From the IMG/VR virus record IMGVR_UViG_3300009495_000004: a stretch of 33,271 nt of DNA. The stretch is one strand, 5' to 3'. The notes beneath the pieces were generated by a model that was not told the DNA's origin, did no database searches, and worked only from the letters and a program-made list of their open reading frames with translations. This DNA is from a virus. The position numbers and the translations under genes were made by a program. Below are positions 15,147 through 22,064 of the stretch, one piece after another; position 1 is the stretch's first letter; each line of letters opens with the position of its first letter.

Positions 15147-15343
15147 TGAAAGTAAATAGAGTTTATAAAATTGTTAGGCCAATGAGAAAATTTGGCAATC
15201 TATTAAAAGATATATTAAACCCATCAGATTCAATTCATTTTTGGGTAAGAGTTAAAGAAAAAACTATTAGCAAAGAAGAAAAAGAAAACATTATATTTAG
15301 CGTTATTGAACTTTTAAACAACAGAATTAAAATTGATGAATAA
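15146..15343 (+). CDS. Hypothetical protein, 65 aa
   Basis: ORF track. Overlaps both neighbouring genes. Confidence 0.45.
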   Translation: MKVNRVYKIVRPMRKFGNLLKDILNPSDSIHFWVRVKEKTISKEEKENIIFSVIELLNNRIKIDE

Positions 15344-15617
15344 AATACAAAACACTAAAGATCTTTCTTTTTACAATAACTCAATATTATTTACTAAACT
15401 TTTAAATAAAAAAGTAAATGATAATATAGATGACAAAGAGTTAATTATAATGCAAGAACTATTAATTGATATATTCTTTTATGTAAACAACTTGCAAACT
15501 CATTTAGCGAATTGCAAAATGATGAATAGCAAATTTAGAGAACAACGTAATGATGCATTGCTTATAGCTGATGAATTAAGAGATGAAATAGAATGGAATG
15601 AAAATAATGTTATTTAA
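15333..15617 (+). CDS. Hypothetical protein, 94 aa
   Basis: ORF track. No recognisable motif. Confidence 0.5.
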   Translation: MMNKIQNTKDLSFYNNSILFTKLLNKKVNDNIDDKELIIMQELLIDIFFYVNNLQTHLANCKMMNSKFREQRNDALLIADELRDEIEWNENNVI

Positions 15618-15649
15618 TTTGGTAGTTATATATTTTATATATATATTTG
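15618..15649 (+). promoter_or_regulatory. Bacteroidota-type sigma-A promoter: TTTG, 20-nt spacer, TATATTTG
   Basis: TTTG at 15618..15621 and TATATTTG at 15642..15649. The geometry is the same as at 14635..14666. The element is intergenic, upstream of the ATG at 15690. Confidence 0.6.
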
Positions 15650-15689
15650 TTGTATATTAATAATTAAGTTAATATAAAAACAAAACAAA

Positions 15690-15875
15690 ATGAAAAAGAA
15701 TTTAATTTTTTACAAACACAAATTGTTTCAAAACACAGATGACAAAGATGAAACTTGGTACGAACTTGTATGGTTTACAGATTATGGAACTAAAAATCAA
15801 GAAATACAAACTAAAAGTTTTGATACTGTGAAACAAGCAGAGAAATTTATACAATTTCAAGAGAACTTAATTTAA
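15690..15875 (+). CDS. Hypothetical protein, 61 aa
   Basis: ORF track. It is the first gene after the second host-type promoter. Confidence 0.45.
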   Translation: MKKNLIFYKHKLFQNTDDKDETWYELVWFTDYGTKNQEIQTKSFDTVKQAEKFIQFQENLI

Positions 15876-15909
15876 TATAAAAATTTAATAATTTTTTAAA
15901 ATTTAACAA

Positions 15910-16143
15910 ATGAAACAAATAAAATTTAATTACGATTCAAAAACTATATTAATTAAAAAAGATAAAGAAATAAAAGAAGATATAGAAACTTGTAAAAATA
16001 TATTGTCAGATTTAGAACAGCTAATTATTGTTAGAAAAAAAGAAGACGCTGAAAATCAAAAATGGTGGGATGATAGAAAAAAGTTTACTAATGATTGGAT
16101 GAGTTTAATAGATAAATTAAACGATAAATTAATTGAAAAATAA
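15910..16143 (+). CDS. Hypothetical protein, 77 aa, Lys/Glu/Asp-rich
   Basis: ORF track. Followed by the GC-rich element. Confidence 0.45.
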   Translation: MKQIKFNYDSKTILIKKDKEIKEDIETCKNILSDLEQLIIVRKKEDAENQKWWDDRKKFTNDWMSLIDKLNDKLIEK

Positions 16144-16155
16144 ATTAACTTAACA

Positions 16156-16246
16156 GGGGGGTCGACAAAACAATCAAGGTGGATAGCTATAAGGTGTACA
16201 ACTTTTAACCACTGCAACGGGGCAGGAGAGCCAGAACAGACCCCCC
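16156..16246 (+). ncRNA. GC-rich structured element of unknown class (candidate ncRNA / structured 5' leader / protein-binding DNA site)
   Basis: A perfect 8-bp closing inverted repeat, GGGGGGTC (16156..16163) with GACCCCCC (16239..16246). Internal palindromes GTCGAC, ATAGCTAT and TGTACA, plus a CTGC-aacggg-GCAG hairpin. G+C is far above the surrounding sequence. The element is intergenic, and the strand assignment is only by context. Confidence 0.35.
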
Positions 16247-16262
16247 ATATTAAATATAAAAT

Positions 16263-16529
16263 ATGAAACAAATATCAAATAGCATAGTAGTAGAATACGA
16301 ACATTTCCTTTTAGAGGTTGATTATGATTGGAGAAAAGGACACGCAGGAGATTATTATAATGCTCCTGAGCCAAACGAAACAGATATTAAAAAAGTAATA
16401 GTAACAGGTTATATAAATGATGATGGCAGTATCGAGGATTTAGATACAGAGGTTGAATTTGAGATGTATGATTTATCTAAAAAACATATATTAGAAGAAA
16501 TAGAATATGATGTTGAAAGTTTAATGTAA
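16263..16529 (+). CDS. Strongly acidic small protein, 88 aa (23 Asp+Glu)
   Basis: ORF track. Contains ...GYINDDGSIEDLDTEVEFEMYDLSKKHILEEIEYDVESLM. A terminator follows. Confidence 0.55.
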   Translation: MKQISNSIVVEYEHFLLEVDYDWRKGHAGDYYNAPEPNETDIKKVIVTGYINDDGSIEDLDTEVEFEMYDLSKKHILEEIEYDVESLM

Positions 16530-16553
16530 AAATTAGTTTGTTTTGTTTAAATT

Positions 16554-16583
16554 AGGTGTTTAGAAATAAGCACCTTTTTTTTT
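16554..16583 (+). terminator. Rho-independent terminator
   Basis: Stem aggtgt/gcacct (one G-U pair) with a 10-nt loop, followed by T9. Confidence 0.7.
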
Positions 16584-16602
16584 GATTAAATTTTTAAATT
16601 AA

Positions 16603-16613
16603 ATTCGTTATAT
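16603..16613 (+). promoter_or_regulatory. CGTTATAT box (ATTCGTTATAT), candidate phage-specific promoter
   Basis: The core C at 16606 is 12 nt upstream of the ATG at 16618. The site lies just after a terminator. AATTCGTTATATA(A/G)GTATG is shared with 27177..27195. Confidence 0.4.
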
Positions 16614-16617
16614 AAGT

Positions 16618-17268
16618 ATGGAATTAAAACTTAATATACCAACTAAACTAAGTGAAATAACTTTAAGACAGTATAAAAAGTTTATTGAGATAGGAAAAAT
16701 AAATCAGGATCCTACGTTTATACAGGGCAAGATGATTGAAATCTTTTGTGGTGTAAGCCATAAATTTGCAACATTAATGAAATATAGTGATGTTGAAGAA
16801 ATTACAGGAGATATTAATAAATTATTGTTACAACAGCCTAATTTAGTAACAACATTTAAATTAAACGGAATTGAATATGGTTTTATTCCTGATTTAGATA
16901 ATATGACTTTAGGCGAATATATTGACATTGATACTTATACAGGAGAATATGATAATATAGAGGTTGCAATGAATGTTCTTTACAGGCCCATAATTAAAAA
17001 AATTAAAAACAAATATATTATTGAAGATTACAATCCAAAGAATAAAGATCTTATTTTGGATATGCCAATGGATGCGGTTGTAAGCTCATTATTTTTTTTT
17101 CTGAATTTAGGACTGGAGTTGTCAGAAATTACCCTGAGTTATTTAACGAATCCCAAGAAAATTCACTTGGAGGAGTACAAAATTTTGCAAGAAAATATGG
17201 ATGGTATCAGTCGCTTTTTGCCCTATCTGGAGGAAACATTACAAGAATTAAAAATATCACTGAATTAA
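16618..17268 (+). CDS. Tail-assembly-chaperone-like protein, frame-0 product (216 aa)
   Basis: ORF track. FKLNGIEYGFIPDLDNMTLGEYIDIDTY is reminiscent of gpG-type chaperones. The gene contains the T9 slippery run. Confidence 0.45.
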   Translation: MELKLNIPTKLSEITLRQYKKFIEIGKINQDPTFIQGKMIEIFCGVSHKFATLMKYSDVEEITGDINKLLLQQPNLVTTFKLNGIEYGFIPDLDNMTLGEYIDIDTYTGEYDNIEVAMNVLYRPIIKKIKNKYIIEDYNPKNKDLILDMPMDAVVSSLFFFLNLGLELSEITLSYLTNPKKIHLEEYKILQENMDGISRFLPYLEETLQELKISLN

Positions 17269-17354
17269 GTTTTCACGAATGTTTTTTAATGTTAGCATTT
17301 ATGAAAGATAAAAATGATTTAGAACATCAACAAATGAAAAAAAATTTTAAATGA
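16618..17354 (+). CDS. Predicted -1 frameshift (G-T-like) product: 16618..17100 joined to 17100..17354, about 245 aa
   Basis: The -1 frame is open for 85 codons from the T9 run and ends in a TGA that overlaps the next ATG (ATGA at 17351..17354). Alternatively, a one-base homopolymer error hides a single ORF. Confidence 0.4.
17092..17100 (+). promoter_or_regulatory. Slippery homopolymer T9 (T_TTT_TTT in frame 0), candidate programmed -1 frameshift site
   Basis: tta ttt ttt ttt ctg in frame 0. Both frames are open downstream. Confidence 0.45.
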
Positions 17355-17821
17355 GCCAACAAGGAAGTAGAGCATTTTATCAAGTAACTGAAACTTTAAA
17401 ATCTCAGTTATTAAATGACATAAACGTAAACACTGTAACTACGGGAGATATTACACAAGTTGATTTACAAAAGCAAACGATCTTTCCATTATCGCACATT
17501 ATAATAAATAACGTAAGCCAAGAGGATGGTGTATTAAGATTTAATGTAAGCATCTTGTCTATGGATATAGTAAACCAAAGCAAAGAAATAACTGCTGATT
17601 TATTTGAGGGCAATAATAATTTACAAGATATTTTAAATACTCAACTATCTGTTGTAAATAAAGTCATTCAAGTATTAAGAGGCGGAACTTTACATCAAGA
17701 TGCTTACCAATTAGATGGCAATCCTAATATAGAGCCGTTTTACGATAGGTTTGAGAACGAATTAGCAGGTTGGACTGCATCAATGGATGTTTTGATCTAT
17801 AACGACATTAAAATCTGTTAA
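17351..17821 (+). CDS. Virion structural protein, possible neck/tail-completion protein (156 aa)
   Basis: ORF track. Position in the structural operon. A weak resemblance to tail-terminator/completion proteins, from pattern only. Confidence 0.35.
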   Translation: MSQQGSRAFYQVTETLKSQLLNDINVNTVTTGDITQVDLQKQTIFPLSHIIINNVSQEDGVLRFNVSILSMDIVNQSKEITADLFEGNNNLQDILNTQLSVVNKVIQVLRGGTLHQDAYQLDGNPNIEPFYDRFENELAGWTASMDVLIYNDIKIC

Positions 17822-18408
17822 TGGATCTAAAAGAGATAAATAAAATATTTAAAGACTTTGGCAATTATATGGTTGCTGAGAGTCAAAAGAATCTTAAAAA
17901 AGATGGTAAAGGTAATGGGCCTTTGTATAACTCAATAAGTTATAAAGTAAAAGAAGAATCTAACAAAGTTATATTTGATTTTTATATGGAGGATTACGGG
18001 CTTTTCCAAGATCAAGGTGTAAAAGGTGCAGATCCTAAAAAGCTTAGCCCTAACGCTAAATTAACAGGACAACAAGCACCCAACTCGCCTTTTAAATTTG
18101 GAAGCGGTAGCTCTAAAGGAAATTGGAAAGATTTTGTTAGAAGTGTATCAAGTTGGGCACAAATTAAAAATATTAGATTAAGACAATACACTTACAAAGA
18201 TGGCAAAAAGAAATCTACAGGAAAATTTGCTAAAGGGAATTACGAATCAATAGGCCAAATTATAGCAAGTAATATTTATAATAGAGGATTAAAACCATCA
18301 TTTTTTTATACTAAACCTTTTAACTATGCATTTGAAAACTTACCTAAAGAATTATTTGATGGTTTCGCAGTAGATTTTATAGATGCAATAAAAACAGAAA
18401 AACAATAA
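17821..18408 (+). CDS. HK97 gp10-like head-tail joining protein (195 aa)
   Basis: AESQKNLKKDGKGNGPLYNSISYKV...FYMEDYGLFQDQGVKG resembles the gp10-family motif (TG.L..SI...YA.yvE.G). Confidence 0.4.
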   Translation: MDLKEINKIFKDFGNYMVAESQKNLKKDGKGNGPLYNSISYKVKEESNKVIFDFYMEDYGLFQDQGVKGADPKKLSPNAKLTGQQAPNSPFKFGSGSSKGNWKDFVRSVSSWAQIKNIRLRQYTYKDGKKKSTGKFAKGNYESIGQIIASNIYNRGLKPSFFYTKPFNYAFENLPKELFDGFAVDFIDAIKTEKQ

Positions 18409-18409
18409 A

Positions 18410-19390
18410 ATGGCAGCAATAGCATTAAGAAGCCCTCAATATAAATCATTAGTAGCTGGAGCAAATTCAGTTTATGCTTTATGTACGATTAAAATTGGAG
18501 GTGTTTTAAAATATACATTAAGAAAAGAAGTAGCACCAACTGAAACGGTAATTTTTGAAATTGCAGAATTATGTAGGGATTTTTTAAGCATAACATTTGA
18601 TGGAACTTATACTGCACAAACATTAACAATTCAAACAGAAATAATAGCTTACGATTCAAGCGATGGTTTAGTAAATTCAACAGGAGACATAGACGATATT
18701 GGATATGATGCTTATGGAACTTTTATGGAAGGTGCAAATCCAACAGTACCTTTTGGAAGTGTACCTGATACATTATTCACAAGAAAACCTTATCCATCTT
18801 CTCAAGGAGATATTTATGTTCCATATGGTTATGCAGGTGTAGTACCAGGCATTAAAACAAATTTAAATATGGAATATTATTCTTATAATGGAACTGATAA
18901 TGCAATTCAAGGTACAACAATGGGTGTTCAAGTTAATATACATAGAATAGATTGCACTAAATATGGGAACGGTCATAAAGTTACTTTTGTAAATAAGTTC
19001 GGAGCTTTACAAGATATTTGGTTTTTCTTAAAATCAGTTAATACAACAAGCAAAAGGCAAGAGCAATTTCAAAGAAATATTATAAATGGAACTACTTATG
19101 ATGTTAATACTCATACTAAACAAGTTTTTAATACAATAGCTAATCAAAGTATAACTTTAAGTTCTGGTTACTATCCTGAGTGGGCAAATCAATGGTTTGA
19201 ACAATTATTATTATCAGAACAAGTTTGGTTAACAAGAAATAAATTATATGACAGAACTGACCAAACAGAGGTTGTTCCTGTTAATGTTAGTAAAAGTAGT
19301 ATGATTCAAAAAACATCAGTAAACGATAGATTAATAGATTATACATTTGACTTTGAATTATCAGCAGATTATATAAATAACATACGATAA
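18410..19390 (+). CDS. Virion structural protein (326 aa), tail or baseplate candidate
   Basis: ORF track. Relatively GC-rich codon usage like other structural genes. No confident family assignment. Confidence 0.4.
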   Translation: MAAIALRSPQYKSLVAGANSVYALCTIKIGGVLKYTLRKEVAPTETVIFEIAELCRDFLSITFDGTYTAQTLTIQTEIIAYDSSDGLVNSTGDIDDIGYDAYGTFMEGANPTVPFGSVPDTLFTRKPYPSSQGDIYVPYGYAGVVPGIKTNLNMEYYSYNGTDNAIQGTTMGVQVNIHRIDCTKYGNGHKVTFVNKFGALQDIWFFLKSVNTTSKRQEQFQRNIINGTTYDVNTHTKQVFNTIANQSITLSSGYYPEWANQWFEQLLLSEQVWLTRNKLYDRTDQTEVVPVNVSKSSMIQKTSVNDRLIDYTFDFELSADYINNIR

Positions 19391-19406
19391 CATAGAAATA
19401 ACATAG

Positions 19407-21920
19407 ATGCAAAAATTACAATTATATGTTAATGATCAAAGAGTAGATTTATTCAAAGATGAGCAAGTTTCTTTTAATCAATCAATTCAAAACATAAAAG
19501 ACCCTGCGAAAATATTTACAGAGTTCACTCAAACATTTACAATACCAGCATCTAAAACTAATAATATAATTTTTCAACATTATTATAATTATGATATTCA
19601 AGATGGTTTTGATGCAAGAGATAAAGTAGAAGCATTAATCGAATTAAATAATATAACTTTTCAAAGAGGTTACGTAACATTAACAGGAACTGAATTAAAA
19701 AATAATCAAATTTATGCTTATAAAATAACATTCTTTGGTAAAACAGTAAACTTAAAAGATGTATTAAGAGATGACAAACTTTCTGCATTATCTTCTTTAT
19801 CCTCGTTAAATTTAGATTATGATTCAGCAACAGTAAAGTTTAAATTGCAAAACTCAGGAGATATAATATGCCCTTTGATAACCTCTGGAGAAAAAAGAGG
19901 AGATTTAAATTTTTCAAGATTATTTTATAACTCAAATTCATTAACAGGCAATGATGGGAATTTAGCAGTTGGTGGTGGTTTTAGACACGGTGTTTATTGG
20001 AAAGACTTAAAATATGCTATAAGAATTAGCAAGGTTATAGAAGCAATTCAAACCGATTATAATATAGATTTTACTGATGATTTTTTTAATGATAATAATG
20101 CAGAGTTTTATAATCTTTATTTATGGCTTCATCGAAAAAAAGGAGATGTTCAACCTGCGGCACAAATAACAACTTTTCCAACTGAGGTTACAGGTTTTCC
20201 TTTAACTGATATTTCAGACCCTGATAAGACTATAATGTTAGGAACATCAGCATTAAATGTATTTAATTCTTGCAATCCTTACGGGGGAACGCCTTGCGGA
20301 ACTACAGGTAATACATCTTTGCCTACTGTTCAAACCGAATTAGTTTTAAATGTTAGTGGTTCGAATCCTTCTCCTTATAATGTTATAATCAATAGAAATG
20401 GTATTGTTTGGGCAACTTTTACAAATCAAACAGGCAATTCAACATTTGATAGAACAGATTTTCCAAATACAATGGACGAGGGAAGTTACACTGTTACTAT
20501 AGAAGTTAGTTCAAATATGACATTTTCAGATATTACTTGGAATCTTGCAGGTGTTTTTAATGGGACACCTTGGACAAATCAATATATTTTAGCACCAACA
20601 GGTGGTTTTCCAGCATCTGCTACTTTTGAATTTATTATTCAACAACAAATACCAGAAATTAAAATTTTAGATTTCTTAACAGGCTTATTTAAAATGTTTA
20701 ATCTTACTGCTTACTATGTTAGTAATGCTCAAGACCCTGATTATGATAAAATAAAAGTTCAAAGATTATCTGAGTTTTATGCAGATGGAACAACTTATGA
20801 TATAAGCCAATACGTAAATACTAATAAAAGCCAAGTTAATGTTGCTTTGCCTTATAAAGAAATTGATTTTGGTTATATGGGAACAGGAACATTACTCGCT
20901 TTACAATATGAGCAATTAACAGGCAAAAAATGGGGTGCAGATTCATTTATTGGAAATAATAGTATAGGCAATAATTTTACAGGACCTAACCCTACTTATA
21001 AAGTTGCAATTCCATTTGAGCATATGCAGTTTGAAAGATTAATTGACCAATCTGCAACTGTATCTTTTCCATCAAATATTACTACTATACAATATGGATA
21101 TTTTGCTGATGATAATCAGGATGCTTACATTGGTTCTCCTCTTTTATTTTATCCTATAAGACAAATAGCAAGTAGCGATACAGATATAAGTTTTTTAAAT
21201 GATTTAGCAGGTAACTCAGCTTCAACAAGTACTTTAAGTTCTTATAATATACCAAGCAATAGTTTAAGTATCAATTCAACGACAAGTAAAATAAATATTA
21301 ATTTCTTTCCTGAGTCTAATGAATATGGTTCACAATCAAATCCTCCTGATAATGATTTTACAGAAACCTTATTTGAAAAAAACTATTTTAATTATATACA
21401 AGATATTTTTAATGGCAAAAGAAGATTAATAAAAGTTGAAGCAAATCTACCTTTAAACATTATTAAAAACCTTAAAATGAACGATAAGGTTACTATAAAT
21501 AATCAAAATTTTAAATTAAACACTTTACAAACTAATTTAATAACAGGAAAAAGCAGTTTAGAAATATTAAACGAATTGGAATCAGATAGTTTTACTCTAA
21601 GTTTATATTATAGCTTAAATGGAACACCTTGTCCAACAAACTCAAGTAGAACATTAGTTACAGTTTATTCAGATACTGCAAGTATAACATTTGGTTCACA
21701 AAACGGAACTCAAACCATTGGCAAATTATATGAAAATAAAGAGTTAACTGTATATGCTCCGACAGGTAGATATGGTTATGGAGGAACAGGAAGCAAATAT
21801 GATTATTGGAATAAAATAAATTATACCCCTACTGCTCCATCTTTATTATTAGAGGGTTGGTGGCAATCTGAATTTGAAAATGCTACAGGAGAGTGGCCTA
21901 AACAATGCAGTGGTTCTTAA
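19407..21920 (+). CDS. Large virion structural protein (837 aa), tail tip/baseplate or receptor-binding candidate
   Basis: ORF track. Supported by size, position and Asn/Ser/Thr-rich composition. No confident family assignment. Confidence 0.4.
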   Translation: MQKLQLYVNDQRVDLFKDEQVSFNQSIQNIKDPAKIFTEFTQTFTIPASKTNNIIFQHYYNYDIQDGFDARDKVEALIELNNITFQRGYVTLTGTELKNNQIYAYKITFFGKTVNLKDVLRDDKLSALSSLSSLNLDYDSATVKFKLQNSGDIICPLITSGEKRGDLNFSRLFYNSNSLTGNDGNLAVGGGFRHGVYWKDLKYAIRISKVIEAIQTDYNIDFTDDFFNDNNAEFYNLYLWLHRKKGDVQPAAQITTFPTEVTGFPLTDISDPDKTIMLGTSALNVFNSCNPYGGTPCGTTGNTSLPTVQTELVLNVSGSNPSPYNVIINRNGIVWATFTNQTGNSTFDRTDFPNTMDEGSYTVTIEVSSNMTFSDITWNLAGVFNGTPWTNQYILAPTGGFPASATFEFIIQQQIPEIKILDFLTGLFKMFNLTAYYVSNAQDPDYDKIKVQRLSEFYADGTTYDISQYVNTNKSQVNVALPYKEIDFGYMGTGTLLALQYEQLTGKKWGADSFIGNNSIGNNFTGPNPTYKVAIPFEHMQFERLIDQSATVSFPSNITTIQYGYFADDNQDAYIGSPLLFYPIRQIASSDTDISFLNDLAGNSASTSTLSSYNIPSNSLSINSTTSKININFFPESNEYGSQSNPPDNDFTETLFEKNYFNYIQDIFNGKRRLIKVEANLPLNIIKNLKMNDKVTINNQNFKLNTLQTNLITGKSSLEILNELESDSFTLSLYYSLNGTPCPTNSSRTLVTVYSDTASITFGSQNGTQTIGKLYENKELTVYAPTGRYGYGGTGSKYDYWNKINYTPTAPSLLLEGWWQSEFENATGEWPKQCSGS

Positions 21921-21929
21921 AATAAAATT

Positions 21930-22064
21930 ATGATTAAAGAAATTATTAGTCTTTTAAAATATGTTGATAGCGATTCAGAAAACATTAAAATTGCTAAGGG
22001 CAAAAATAAACTTGCAACAAATTGGAAAGAGGCATACAAACAAATTAAAGAGGGAATAAAATGA
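21930..22064 (+). CDS. Small ORF, 44 aa
   Basis: Not in the ORF track. ATGA overlap with the next gene. The protein is MIKEIISLLKYVDSDSENIKIAKGKNKLATNWKEAYKQIKEGIK. Confidence 0.4.
   Translation: MIKEIISLLKYVDSDSENIKIAKGKNKLATNWKEAYKQIKEGIK

Noticed and set aside
16156-16246. The GC-rich element as a tRNA, tmRNA fragment, attP-embedded tRNA 3' end, preQ1 or purine riboswitch, or hammerhead ribozyme.
   Set aside because: Neither strand gives a cloverleaf, with no D-arm pairing and no GTTCRA T-loop. The 3' side lacks a T-arm/CCA context for tmRNA. No CUGAUGA...GAAA hammerhead core is present. The conserved purine (UAUAAU, CCGUAAAU-type loops) and preQ1-I A-rich tail signatures are absent. It is kept only as an unclassified structured element.
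15910-16266. Stop-codon read-through or recoding. The frame of 15910..16143 stays open for 40 more codons after its TAA (INLTGGSTKQSRWIAIRCTTFNHCNGAGEPEQTPHIKYKI) and ends at a TGA overlapping the ATG at 16263.
   Set aside because: Open frames are expected by chance in a GC-rich patch, where A/T-rich stop codons are rare. TAA is otherwise used as a normal stop throughout the genome, and no ATG starts the extension. It could still be revisited if proteomics finds such peptides.
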